64,000 nucleotides of DNA from positions 32,001 through 96,000 of the forward strand of contig CAWFDF010000004.1 of the NCBI GenBank assembly GCA_963814585.1, in the 5' to 3' direction. The translations under genes were made by a program, and so were the position numbers. The notes below the pieces were generated by a model. The model saw only the letters and a program-made list of their open reading frames with translations. It searched no databases and had not been told where the DNA came from. Positions 30,474 to 41,082 of the stretch are shown in pieces. This DNA is from an uncultured delta proteobacterium (GTDB lineage Bacteria; Myxococcota; Myxococcia; Myxococcales; Anaeromyxobacteraceae). Position 1 is the first letter of the stretch; every line of letters starts with the position of its first letter.

Positions 30474-31120
30474 CTGTCCATCACGACGGAGCGCAGGTCG
30501 GACGCCGCGACGCCGAGGGCCTTGGCGGTGCCCGGCCACCAGGTGGCGTACCAGCCCCCGGCCATCGCTGCTGTGCTCCACGTCGCGTCGTCGAAGTTGA
30601 CGCCAACGGAGTGGACCGCGTCACCAACCTGACCAACGACGACCGTGCGCGCACCGGAGGACGACTGCAGCACCTCGAGGTCATGGATGCCCAGCGTGCC
30701 GTCCTCGGGTGTCCCGGTCGTCGGGCCATAGCCCGCCACGGGCCGAGCCTCCGCCGTCGCGGATCCGTCTTCGGCTACCTCCGCCCGGCAGAGGACCGCG
30801 CTCGCGTCATCCGCGAACACCATCGTCAGCAGCCCGACGCCACGCGCGTCGAGCACCCGCAGTGGGAGCGCCGCGACCTCGTCACGTGTCCGGCACGCTG
30901 CTTCGCCGGCCGCAGCCACGGCGGTCGACGGCCGGATCGGTGCCGGGCGCCATCGGCCGAACGTCGCGGCATCGGCCTGGGCTGCCACATCGGGCGTCGG
31001 TGGGGGTGTGCGCACGCCTGTAGCCAGCCGACCGGATGCGATCGGCTCGGGGCCGGGGGCACAGGCGCTGCTGGCGAACAGGACAGCCGCCAACCAGACA
31101 AGGGAACCGAGGAGACGCAT
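30461..31120 (-). CDS. Hypothetical lipoprotein
   Basis: Signal peptide ending SSAC; C-terminal GWYATWWP. Confidence 0.65.
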   Translation of the reverse strand: MRLLGSLVWLAAVLFASSACAPGPEPIASGRLATGVRTPPPTPDVAAQADAATFGRWRPAPIRPSTAVAAAGEAACRTRDEVAALPLRVLDARGVGLLTMVFADDASAVLCRAEVAEDGSATAEARPVAGYGPTTGTPEDGTLGIHDLEVLQSSSGARTVVVGQVGDAVHSVGVNFDDATWSTAAMAGGWYATWWPGTAKALGVAASDLRSVVMDSYAP

Positions 31121-31191
31121 ATCTGCTGATACGCCGACCGAGACGGCAAGGTTCACCACGGGTACACGAAGGCACCGTCGCTGGCACAGCC

Positions 31192-31233
31192 GCGCCGTTC
31201 GGGCGCCGTTCGGGCGCGGTTCGGGCGCGGTCC
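31192..31233. repeat. Tandem 11-bp repeat GCGC(C/G)GTTCGG, about 3.8 copies
   Basis: Directly visible in the intergenic region. Confidence 0.8.
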
Positions 31234-31252
31234 TCGCTCCCGTCACCTGGCC

Positions 31253-31862
31253 TCAGCCGGTGGTTGCGTCCCGGGTGACCAAAAGGGATTCCATCGGAAT
31301 ATCGATCGGGCCGTCGAGCGAGCCCTCGAACATCGGCGTGCCGGCAGGAATGGACGACGCGTGCCTGCCGAACCCGGCGGGCACCGACGCGACAACGCGG
31401 AACCGCACGTAGCGGCACCCCATCCGGTCAAGCCGCCTGGCGACGGGCCCCGGGACGTTGCCGGATTCCGCCACCAGGATGAGCTCCGGCCGATCAAGCT
31501 CGTAGATCCTGTCGTGGAACTGCATCCGGGCGTGACCGGCATTGAGCACGTTCCGGGCCCACTGTGACCCGACGCCCATCGGCGCAGGAATGAGCACGGT
31601 CTCGTCCCGCACGGTGGGATGGATCGGCGTGAAGTACGTGGTGCCGCTCGTCCGGCCGACGTGCTCCAGGGTGCCGATCTCCGCCGTCCCGCTCCCAGCG
31701 ACCCCGTGCTCCAGCAGCCAGGGGTTGACCTGGCCGTTCACGCGCTCGCGCAGCCAGGCGAACTGCTCGGCCGCAGGCTTCCGAAGCTCGCGGGAAAGGC
31801 GGTCCGCCGCGACACCCGATCGCCATTCCTGCCGTGAGCAGCGCTACCGCCTTCCTCACCAT
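31253..31862 (-). CDS. Nitroreductase/deazaflavin (DDN-like split-barrel) protein with an N-terminal hydrophobic segment; indel near 31816
   Basis: [33 protein letters not shown] before ATG 31862. Confidence 0.7.
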
Positions 31863-32028
31863 GTCGTGACCTCCTCCGCATCCGTGTCGTTCGGCCCATG
31901 GTGGTGCGCGCCGCGGCGGTGCACAGTGCCGATTTGACGAAACCGGACGGTCAAGGCGTTCGACCCCCCTTATCTACTACGCCCGGGCGACGGCGACTCC
32001 ACGGACGTACCGACCACCCGCGGTGACG

Positions 32029-32057
32029 TTGACGCCTCCGGGGAGCGGGTCTAGACT
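32029..32057 (+). promoter_or_regulatory. Sigma70 promoter of the Rrf2-suf operon
   Basis: TTGACG-17 nt-TAGACT. Confidence 0.75.
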
Positions 32058-32058
32058 C

Positions 32059-32083
32059 AATCCCGACGAAACTGGTCGGATTT
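32059..32083. promoter_or_regulatory. IscR type-1-like Rrf2 operator at the transcription start
   Basis: AATCCCGAC-GAAACTG-GTCGGATTT fits the YYGAC-N7-GTCRR layout. Confidence 0.7.
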
Positions 32084-32140
32084 CCCCGGCGCGGCGGTTC
32101 ATCCGCCGCGGGCGTCCCCCCGGGGAACCTCCGGCCTGCC

Positions 32141-32701
32141 TTGAGGAACCGTTCCCTGTCGAACCGCGCCACATTCCACGGATCGGGTGCCGTCGCCTTC
32201 AGCACGAAGGGCGAGTACGGCGTGCGCCTCATGGTCCAGCTCGGACGGCGCTTCGGCGCGGGCCCCGCAAGCCTCGCGGACATCGCAGCGGACGAGGACC
32301 TGCCGCGCGCCTACCTGGAGCAGCTGGTCACCAGCCTCCGGGATGCCGGGCTCGTCACGTCCACGCGCGGCGCCCGCGGCGGGTACGAGCTCGTCGCGCC
32401 GCCTGCCGACATCCGCATGAGCGAGGTCCTGCGCGCGCTCGAGGGCCCCATCGCCCCGATGAAGTGCGCCGCGGACGACGCCGAGCACGCGTTCTGCGAC
32501 CGGTCCGCGCAGTGCACGGTCAACGTGCTCTGGATCCGCGTCCGTGACGCGATCTCGGACACCCTCGAGTCCATCACCCTGGCGGACCTCGTCCCCGTCC
32601 GCCACATCACCCTCGACCCGCGGCTGCCGGCATCGTCCCGGACCGGCGCGGCACCAGGGGAGCCCATGCCCGCACCCACGCTCACAGGAGCCACCTCGTG
32701 A
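32141..32701 (+). CDS. Rrf2-family (IscR-like) transcriptional regulator; likely start CTG 32156
   Basis: [22 protein letters not shown], three Cys (C..C..C) as Fe-S ligands. Confidence 0.9.
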   Translation: MRNRSLSNRATFHGSGAVAFSTKGEYGVRLMVQLGRRFGAGPASLADIAADEDLPRAYLEQLVTSLRDAGLVTSTRGARGGYELVAPPADIRMSEVLRALEGPIAPMKCAADDAEHAFCDRSAQCTVNVLWIRVRDAISDTLESITLADLVPVRHITLDPRLPASSRTGAAPGEPMPAPTLTGATS

Positions 32702-33579
32702 CCGACGTCAACGACCGCGAGCTGATCATCCGCGACCTGCGGGTGGCGCCGGCCGCAAAGCCCGACCTGGAGATCCTCCAGGGGATCAACCTCACGATCC
32801 GCAAGGGCGAGACCCACGCGATCATGGGCCCCAACGGGTCCGGCAAGACGACCCTGTCGTACGCGCTGATGGGCCACCCGGCCTACGTGATCAAGAGCGG
32901 CGAGGTGCTCTGGAAGGGCTACAACCTGCTCGACCTCTCGGCCGACAAGCGGGCCCGGCTGGGCCTCTTCCTCGCCTTCCAGTACCCCACCGCGATCCCC
33001 GGGCTCTCGGTTGCCTCGTTCGTGCGCAGCGCGCTCAACGCCAAGCTCCAGGGGATCGACAAGAACCCCGACATCGATCCGACCGACGCCATCAGGGGTG
33101 GCGTCACGATGCTGGAGTTCCGGCGCCGGATGCGCGAGAAGATGGCCCTGCTCAAGATGGAGGACGCCTTCGCCGCCCGCTACGTCAACGACGGGTTCTC
33201 GGGTGGCGAGAAGAAGCGCCTCGAGATGCTCCAGATGGCGATGCTGGAGCCGGAGTTCGCGATCCTCGACGAGACCGACTCCGGGCTGGACATCGATGCC
33301 CTGCGCATCGTCGCCGAAGGCGTGAACGCCCAGTTGAACCCGAACATGGGCGTGCTGTTGATCACGCACTACCAGCGGCTGCTCAACTACATCACGCCGG
33401 ACGTCGTCCACGTCCTTGCGTCAGGCCGGATCGTGACCTCGGGCGGCAAGGATCTCGCGCTGCGTCTCGAGGAGGAGGGCTACGGTCCGATCCTCCGCGA
33501 GAACGGCTTCGAGACCAACCTGCCCGACGATGCGCTGATCGTCCCCCTCGAGCCGGAAGCGGCCGGCGCCGGCCGGTAG
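32698..33579 (+). CDS. sufC: Fe-S assembly ATPase SufC
   Basis: [47 protein letters not shown]. Confidence 0.95.
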   Translation: MTDVNDRELIIRDLRVAPAAKPDLEILQGINLTIRKGETHAIMGPNGSGKTTLSYALMGHPAYVIKSGEVLWKGYNLLDLSADKRARLGLFLAFQYPTAIPGLSVASFVRSALNAKLQGIDKNPDIDPTDAIRGGVTMLEFRRRMREKMALLKMEDAFAARYVNDGFSGGEKKRLEMLQMAMLEPEFAILDETDSGLDIDALRIVAEGVNAQLNPNMGVLLITHYQRLLNYITPDVVHVLASGRIVTSGGKDLALRLEEEGYGPILRENGFETNLPDDALIVPLEPEAAGAGR

Positions 33580-33586
33580 GAGCGAG

Positions 33587-34843
33587 ATGACCACCGAGCT
33601 GCAGCCGGCCGCGACCGCCCTCGATCCGGCCGTGCTGCGGGCGGACTTCCCGATCCTGGACCAGGAGGTGCACGGGCACCCGCTGGTCTACCTGGACTCC
33701 GCGGCGACCTCGCAGAAGCCGCGCGTGGTCATCGAAACGATCGACGCCTACTACCGCCGCGACAACGCCAACGTCCATCGCGGCATCTACGAGCTGTCCG
33801 AGCGCGCCACGGCTGCCTACGAGGGTGCTCGCGGCAAGGTCGCCCGTCTGATCGGCGTCGCGGACCCGCGCGAGATCATCTGGACCCGGAACGCCACCGA
33901 GGCCATCAACCTCGTCGCCTACTCGTGGGGCCGGCGCAACATCGGTCGGGGCGACGTGATCGTCCTCACCGAGATGGAGCACCACGCGAACCTGGTCCCG
34001 TGGCAGATCCTGGCCCAGGAGAAGGACGCGGACCTCGAGTTCATCCCGATCACCGACGACGGCGTGCTCCGTCAGGACGTGTTCGAGCTCCTCCTCCGGC
34101 TCAAGCCGAAGCTGGTCGCCTTCACCCACGTGTCCAACACGCTGGGCACCATCAACCCCGTGGTCGAGATGACCCGCCTGGCCCACGAGGCGGGTGCGCT
34201 GGTGCTGGTGGACGGCGCCCAGGCCGTGCCCCACCTGCCCGTCGATATCGCCGGAATCGGCTGCGACTTCTACGCCTTCAGCGGCCACAAGGCCCTGGCC
34301 CCGACCGGTTCCGGCGTGCTCTGGGGCCGCCGGGAGCTGCTCGAAGACATGCCGCCGTTCATGGGTGGCGGCGACATGATCCGCGAGGTCCACCTCCGCC
34401 GGTCGGAGTGGAACGAGATCCCGTGGAAGTTCGAGGCCGGCACGCCCGACATCTCGGCGCAGATCGGTCTTGGAGCGGCGGCCGACTACCTCATGGGCAT
34501 CGGCATGGACCGCGTCCGTGACCACGAGCGAGAGCTCGTCACCTACGCCCTCGACCTGCTCCCGCGCGAGGTCCCCGGGATCGAGATCTACGGCCCGCCC
34601 GCGGAGCTCCGCGGCGGGGTCGTCCCGTTCAACCTGCCGGGCGTCCACCCGCACGACGTGGCCCAGGTCCTCGACCGCTTCGGCGTTGCGATTCGCGCGG
34701 GCCACCACTGCACGATGCCGCTCCACGAGCGGTTGGACCTGCCCGCCACCGCGCGCGCCTCGTTCCAGGTCTACACGACGAAGTCCGACATCGACGCGCT
34801 CGCCGCCGGTCTCCGCGAGGTCCAGCGGCTGTTCGGCGCTTAG
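33587..34843 (+). CDS. sufS: SufS-type cysteine desulfurase
   Basis: YLDSAATSQKP, ANVHRG, MEHHAN, FSGHK, FEAGT, RAGHHC. Confidence 0.95.
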   Translation: MTTELQPAATALDPAVLRADFPILDQEVHGHPLVYLDSAATSQKPRVVIETIDAYYRRDNANVHRGIYELSERATAAYEGARGKVARLIGVADPREIIWTRNATEAINLVAYSWGRRNIGRGDVIVLTEMEHHANLVPWQILAQEKDADLEFIPITDDGVLRQDVFELLLRLKPKLVAFTHVSNTLGTINPVVEMTRLAHEAGALVLVDGAQAVPHLPVDIAGIGCDFYAFSGHKALAPTGSGVLWGRRELLEDMPPFMGGGDMIREVHLRRSEWNEIPWKFEAGTPDISAQIGLGAAADYLMGIGMDRVRDHERELVTYALDLLPREVPGIEIYGPPAELRGGVVPFNLPGVHPHDVAQVLDRFGVAIRAGHHCTMPLHERLDLPATARASFQVYTTKSDIDALAAGLREVQRLFGA

Positions 34844-34874
34844 GCGCCTGCGCTCGGCTATCCTGACCACGCCC

Positions 34875-35270
34875 ATGGACGACCTGTATCGCGACTACAT
34901 TCTCGAGCACTACCGGCGGCCCCACAACTTCGGGGTCCTGGATGAGCCGACGGCCACCTTTGAGGGTTCCAACCCGCTGTGCGGCGACCGCATCACCATG
35001 CAGCTGACGGTGCAGGACGGCGTCGTGACCGAGATCGGGTTCACCGGCCGCGGGTGTGCGATCAGCCAGGCGTCGGCGTCGCTGCTCACGGACGAGGTCA
35101 AGGGCAAGCCCCTCGCGGACGTCGCGGGCTTTGCGGCCACCGACCTCCTCGACCTGCTGGGCATCGAGATCAGCCCGGCGCGGCTCAAGTGCGCCATGCT
35201 CAGCTTCGACTCGCTGCAGCACCTGCTCGACGATGTCGGCGCCAAGCCCCTGGCGGGAGACGCCGGCTGA
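34875..35270 (+). CDS. sufU: SufU/IscU-family sulfur acceptor or scaffold
   Basis: NPLCGD, GRGCAISQASAS, RLKCAML. Confidence 0.92.
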   Translation: MDDLYRDYILEHYRRPHNFGVLDEPTATFEGSNPLCGDRITMQLTVQDGVVTEIGFTGRGCAISQASASLLTDEVKGKPLADVAGFAATDLLDLLGIEISPARLKCAMLSFDSLQHLLDDVGAKPLAGDAG

Positions 35271-36463
35271 AGACGTACGCCGAGCTGCTGCGCCAGGCGA
35301 GGGCCGAGGTTCGCGAGATCTCCCCGGCCGAGGCGGACGCGCTCCGGCGCAGCGGCGGTGCCGCCCTCGTCGACGTGCGGGAGAGCAACGAGTGGTCCCT
35401 CGGGCACATCCCAGGAGCCGTGCTCGTGTCCAAGAGCCACCTCGAGCAGGACATCGAGGCGGCGGTCCCTGACCGGTCGACACCCGTGATCCTCTACTGT
35501 GCCGCGGGTGTGCGGTCGCTGTTCGCGGCCCAGGCCCTGGGCGCACTGGGCTATCAGGACGTCGTGTCGCTCGCCGGTGGCTTCGACGCCTGGAAGGGCC
35601 GTGGGCTGGAGTGGGTGGCGCCGTCCGGCCTGAGCGAGCAGCAGCGACAGCGCTACAGCCGGCACCTCCTGATCCCCGAGGTTGGCGCCGCCGGCCAGTC
35701 GAAGCTGCTCGCGTCGCGTGTCCTGCTTGTCGGCGCCGGCGGGCTCGGCTCGCCGGCCGCGCTGTACCTTGCGGCGGCCGGCGTGGGGACGCTCGGCATC
35801 ATCGACTTCGACGTCGTCGAGCTGTCCAACCTCCAGCGCCAGGTCCTGCACACCACGGACCGCGTGGGGACCCCGAAGGTCGAGTCGGCCCGAAGGTCGA
35901 TCACCGCGCTCAACCCTGACGTGCGCGTGGAGGCGCACGAGGAGATGCTCGTCGCGGACAACGTCGCGCGCGTCATCGACGACTACGACGTCATCCTCGA
36001 CGGCACCGACACGTTCGAGACCCGGTATCTCCTCAACGATGCCGCCGTCGCGGCCCGGATCCCGGTGGTCCACGCCTCGGTGTTCCGGTTCGAGGGCCAG
36101 CTGACGACGTTTGTTCCGGACACGGGCCCCTGCTATCGCTGCCTCTACCCGTCACCGCCGCCACCGGAGCTCGCCCCCGGCTGCTCGGTTGCGGGCGTCC
36201 TGGGCGTGGTGCCGGGAATCATGGGCCTGCTCCAGGCCAACGAGGTCCTCAAGCTGCTGCTGGGCATCGGCGAGACGCTGGCCGGCCGCCTCGTCCTGTT
36301 CGACGCCCTCGCGATGGAGTTCACGGAGCTCCGCCTGCGCCGGGACCCTGCGTGTCCGGTCTGCTCCGATGCCGCGCGGGCCGCGCGGGAGGACGGCGCA
36401 CCCCTCCCGGTTCCGGCCACGTCCGCCCCCAGTGGCGTCTTCACGCTCCGTGCACAGGGCTGA
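35267..36463 (+). CDS. moeB: Rhodanese-MoeB/ThiF (E1-like, MoeZ-type) adenylyltransferase; CTG start
   Basis: N-terminal rhodanese (DVRE..EW..GHIPGA, YCAAGVRS), RYSRH, GAGGLG, SNLQRQ, CYRC, PGC, CPVC. Confidence 0.92.
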   Translation: MKTYAELLRQARAEVREISPAEADALRRSGGAALVDVRESNEWSLGHIPGAVLVSKSHLEQDIEAAVPDRSTPVILYCAAGVRSLFAAQALGALGYQDVVSLAGGFDAWKGRGLEWVAPSGLSEQQRQRYSRHLLIPEVGAAGQSKLLASRVLLVGAGGLGSPAALYLAAAGVGTLGIIDFDVVELSNLQRQVLHTTDRVGTPKVESARRSITALNPDVRVEAHEEMLVADNVARVIDDYDVILDGTDTFETRYLLNDAAVAARIPVVHASVFRFEGQLTTFVPDTGPCYRCLYPSPPPPELAPGCSVAGVLGVVPGIMGLLQANEVLKLLLGIGETLAGRLVLFDALAMEFTELRLRRDPACPVCSDAARAAREDGAPLPVPATSAPSGVFTLRAQG

Positions 36464-36506
36464 GGATCCGGGCACCGCGGGCACTCCGGGCCGGCCGAGC
36501 GACCCC

Positions 36507-36959
36507 GTGAACCTCGGCCCGCCATCGGTGCGGCTCCCGGCCGCCATCGCCGAGGCCATCGTTGTCCATGCCCGAGCGGAGCAGCCCAATGAGTCGTGCG
36601 GCGTGATCGTCGGCTCGGCCGACGCCGGTTCGGGCGGCAGCCCGCTGCGGTACGAGCCCTGCCGGAACGAGCTTGCCTCCCCGGTCCGGTTCCGTATCCA
36701 CCCCGACGACATGCTGCGGATCGCGATCGCCGCCGAGGATGCCGGGGAGGACCTGTGGGCGTTCGTGCACTCGCACGTGCGGTCGCCGGCAGTGCCATCC
36801 GCGATGGACATCGAGGCGGCGGCATGGTGGCCGTCCGCCCTGCACGTGCTGGTCTCGCTCGATGGGGCGCAGGCCGCGCCATCGACAGGGGTGCCGTCGT
36901 TGCGGGCATGGCGGATCGACGGTGAGGATCTGCTCGAGGTGGCCGTGGAGCCCGCATGA
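36507..36959 (+). CDS. JAB/MPN+ (M67, Mec-like) metallopeptidase
   Basis: NESCG, HSH...PS..D JAMM motif, LRAWRI. Confidence 0.9.
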   Translation: MNLGPPSVRLPAAIAEAIVVHARAEQPNESCGVIVGSADAGSGGSPLRYEPCRNELASPVRFRIHPDDMLRIAIAAEDAGEDLWAFVHSHVRSPAVPSAMDIEAAAWWPSALHVLVSLDGAQAAPSTGVPSLRAWRIDGEDLLEVAVEPA

Positions 36960-37375
36960 CCTCGCCCGGGCGGGGCCAGGTGGCATGGCTGCTTTTCGGC
37001 ATCACCGCGCTCGTGGCCGGGACGCTGCTGGGCACCTGGGCCGAGCTGCTGGACGCGATCGCGCAGCCGCCGGCCCTGATCCGTGCGGCCCTCGTGGGCG
37101 GGAGTGTCGTGCTGGGACTCTGGCTGCTGGCCGAGGCCGTGCGTCGCCTCCGGGCGGGCCGTCGGGTGGAGGCGGACGAGATGACCGGTGGTGATCTCGC
37201 AGCCCTGGTGCGCGGCGTGCGCTACATCTTCCTCGCGGTTGCCGCGTTCGCGGCGGCGGCCGGGTGGCTTGTCGGCCATCCGTTGCCCTTCGTCGTCGCG
37301 CTCGTCATCGCAGGTGTCGACGTCCTTGAGACGACGTTCCTGCTGATCGTGGTGTCGTTCCGGAGCGAGCCCTGA
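36956..37375 (+). CDS. Hypothetical 4-TM membrane protein
   Basis: ATGA-coupled to the JAMM gene; hydrophobic helices, polar VDVLET motif. Confidence 0.7.
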   Translation: MTSPGRGQVAWLLFGITALVAGTLLGTWAELLDAIAQPPALIRAALVGGSVVLGLWLLAEAVRRLRAGRRVEADEMTGGDLAALVRGVRYIFLAVAAFAAAAGWLVGHPLPFVVALVIAGVDVLETTFLLIVVSFRSEP

Positions 37376-37490
37376 TGGCGTGTCGCTGATGCGGTTCCGG
37401 GCCCGGCGATCGGGCGAACCCCATGCCGCCAACAGGTTGATAACGTGGGACCAGTAGGGTTCGAGCGGCCCACCGCAAAGGAGAACTCGC

Positions 37491-39898
37491 ATGACCGCCA
37501 GCGATGTCACCCCCGCTTCGGCCGGCTTCTCGCAACCACTCGCTCCAGACGAGCTGCGCCTGATCGACGCGTACTGGCGCGCGGCCAACTACCTGTCGGT
37601 CGGCCAGATCTACCTGCTGGACAACCCGCTGCTGCGCGAGCCGCTCGAGCCGCGAGCACGTCAAGCCGCGGCTGCTCGGCCACTGGGGCACGACGCCCGG
37701 GCTCAACCTCATCTACGCCCACCTCAACCGGGTGATCCAGCAACGCGACCTCGACGCGATCTACGTCACCGGGCCCGGGCACGGCGGGCCCGGCGATGGT
37801 CGCCAACGCCTACCTCGAGGGCACCTACAGCGAGGTCTACCCCAACATCACCGGGACGAGGAGGGGATGCGGCGGCTGTTCCGCCAGTTCTCCTTCCCGG
37901 GCGGCATCCCGAGCCACGTCGCGCCCGAGACCCCCGGCTCGATCCACGAGGGCGGCGAGCTCGGCTACGCGCTCTCGCACGCCTACGGCGCCGCGTTCGA
38001 CAACCCCGACCTGCTGGTCGCCGCGGTCGTCGGCGACGGCGAGGCCGAGACCGGGACCGCTGGCCACGAGCTGGCACTCGAACAAGTTCCTCAACCCGGC
38101 GACCGACGGCGCCGTCCTGCCGATCCTGCACCTCAACGGCTACAAGATCGCCAACCCGACCGTGCTGGCGCGCATCCCGAAGGACGAGCTGCGGCAGCTG
38201 TTCGGCGGCTACGGCCACACGCCGTACTTCGTCGAGGGCGACGACCCGGACGTCGGTCCACCAGCAGCTCGCGGCGACGCTCGACACGGTGCTCGACGAG
38301 ATCCACGCAGATCCAGACCGACGGCCCGCGACGGACGGCGTCTCCGAGCGCCCGGCCTGGCCGATGATCGTGCTGCGCACCCCGAAGGGCTGGACCGGCC
38401 CGCCGGAGATCGACGGCAAGCAGACCGAGGGCTACGTGGCGCTCCCACCAGGTGCCGCTGGGCGAGGTGCGGACAAACGCCGGAGCACCGCGCAGATCCT
38501 CGAGACGTGGATGCGCAGCTACCGGCCCGAGGAGCTCTTCGACGACGACGGGGCCGCTGTCGCCCGAGCTCGCCGAGCTGGCGCCCACGGGCGACCGGCG
38601 CATGAGCGCCAACCCGCACGCCAACGGCGGCGCTGCTCCTGCGCGACCTGCGCCTGCCCGACTTCCGCGACTACGCGGTCGACGTCCCGAGCCCCGGGGC
38701 CACGACCGCCGAGGCGACCCGCGTCCTCGGCACGTACCTGCGCGACGTCATCCGACGCGCAACCGCGAGACGTTCCGGATCTTCGGCCCCGACGAGACCC
38801 CGTCGAACCGCCTGGGCGCCGTGTTCGAGGTCACGGACCGCCAGTGGGACGCCGAGATCCTGCCCGACGGACGAGCACCTGGCGCCCGACGGGCCGGGTG
38901 ATGGAGGTGCTCAGCGAGCACCAGTGCCAGGGCTGGCTCGAGGGCTACCTGCTCACCGGTCGCCACGGCCTGTTCAACTGCTACGAGGCGTTCATCCACA
39001 TCGTCGACTCGATGTTCAACCAGCACGCGAAGTGGCTCAAGGTCACGCGGCGATATCCCGTGGCGGCGGCCGATCGCGTCGCTCAACTACCTGCTGAGCT
39101 CGCACGTCTGGCGGCAGGACCACAACGGGTTCACCCACCAGGACCCGGGCTTCATCGACCACGTCGTGAACAAGAAGGCCGAGGTCGTCCGCGTCTACCT
39201 GCCGCCCGACGCCAACACGCTGCTGTCGCGTGACGACCACTGCCTGCGCAGCCGCCACTACGTCAACGTGATCGTGGCGGGCAAGCAGCCCAGCCCCAAC
39301 TGGCTGTCCATGGACCAGGCCATCGCGCACTGCACCCGCGGCATCGGCATCTGGGACTGGGCCAGCAACGACCACGGCGGCGAGCCCGACGTCGTCATGG
39401 CTGCGCGGGCGACGTCCCGACGCTCGAGGCGCTCGCGGCGGTGGACCTCATGCGCCAGCACCTGCCCGGAGCTCAAGGTCCGCTTCGTCAACGTCGTCGA
39501 CCTCATGCGGCTGCAGGACGAGAAGGAGCACCCGCACGGGCTCTCGAACGCGCGAGTTCGACGCGCTGTTCACGACGAACAAGCCGGTCGTGTTCGCGTA
39601 CCACGGCTATCCGTGGCTGATCCACCGCCTCACCTATCGCCGGACGAACCACGCGAACCTCCACGTCCGCGGCTACAAGGAGGAGGGCACCACGACGACG
39701 CCGTTCGACATGGTCATGCTCAACGACCTGGACCGGTTCCACCTCGTGATCGACGTGATCGACCGCGTCCCGGGCCTCGGTCCGCGGGCCGGTCACGTGC
39801 GCCAGCTGATGGTCGACAAGCGCATCGAGGCCCGGGCATACACGCGGCTTGAGGGGGAGGACGATCCCGAGATCGCGCGCTGGACGTGGCCGTACTAG
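37491..39898 (+). CDS. xfp: Xylulose-5-P/fructose-6-P phosphoketolase broken by more than 10 indels
   Basis: [70 protein letters not shown], spread across frames. Confidence 0.92.
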
Positions 39899-41017
39899 GC
39901 GGCGCCGCGTCCGGCGACCGCATCCTCGTCGTCAATGCGGGCTCGTCCAGCCTCAAGCTGCGAGTGCTCGGGTCCGACAACGCGTTGCTCGCCGGGGTGG
40001 ACCTTCCGGCGCCCCGTGGGACGGCCGACGGCGCCCTGATGGCCAACGCGATCCGCGAGCTTGGGCCCGTGGACGCGATCGGTCATCGGATCGTGCATGG
40101 CGGCACCCAGTTCTCGGCCCCCGCCCGCATCGACGCGCTGGTCATCCGGCGCCTCGAAGCCCTGATCGACCTTGCACCGCTCCACCAGCCGAAGTCGCTC
40201 GCTGCGCTCGCCGCGGTTGGCGCAGTCCTGCCGGACGTGCCGGCCTTCGGCTGCTTCGACACGGCATTCCACGCATCAATCCCCCCCGCGGCGTCCACGT
40301 ATGCGCTGCCCGCCGAGTGGCGCAAGCGATGGAACCTGCGGCGGTTCGGGTTCCACGGACTGTCGCATGCCTACGCATCGCGGCGGGCGGCAGAGATGCT
40401 CGGGCGTCCGGCGGAGGGGCTGCGGCTGGTCACCTGCCACCTCGGAGCAGGGGCGTCGCTGGCCGCGGTTCGGGACGGCCGGTCGGTGGACACCACCATG
40501 GGCTTCACGCCGCTCGACGGGCTGGTGATGGCGACGCGCTCCGGGAGCGTGGACCCTGGCCTCGTCCTGTGGCTCGCCGAACACGCCCGAATGCCGCCCG
40601 CCGAGCTGGCCGCCACGCTCGAGCACCGCTCGGGACTGCTTGGCCTCGCCGGGACGCCCGACATGCGCGCGATCATCGACGGCGCGGCGTCCGGCGACCG
40701 CGACTGCCGTCTCGCGCTCGACGTGTACATCCACCGGCTACGGGGACTCATCGCATCGATGGCATCCTCGATGGGCGGTCTCGACGCCATCGTGTTCACC
40801 GGCGGTGTCGGGGAGCGGTCGCCGGTGATCCGGACGTTGGCCGCGGACGGCCTGGGCTTCCTGGGCATCTCCATCGACGCGTCGGCCAACGCCGCCACCA
40901 GCGCCGATGACCGCGAGATCACGCGCCGCCGGGGCGCCAGTCCGCACGCTCGTGATCGCGGCGCGGGAGGACGTCGAGATCGCTCGTGAGGTGCGCGAGC
41001 TTCTCGCCGTCCGGTAG
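39886..41017 (+). CDS. ackA: Acetate kinase with an indel near 40930
   Basis: [48 protein letters not shown]-terminus AREDVEIAR in another frame. Confidence 0.92.
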
Positions 41018-41066
41018 GCACGCCGAACCCCCGATGCTCGCGGCCCCGTCCGGACGGACGCGGGAA

Positions 41067-41082
41067 CGGGCCGTTCGGCCGA
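41067..41082. promoter_or_regulatory. DosR/OsdR-like box upstream of the USP gene
   Basis: CGGGCCGTTCGGCCGA resembles GGGCCGnnCGGCCC. Confidence 0.45.

Noticed and set aside
35267..36959. E1 + JAB as a CBASS/Bil-type antiphage ubiquitin system
   Set aside because: No E2, cyclase, Ubl or effector gene; the rhodanese fusion and suf context point to sulfur metabolism
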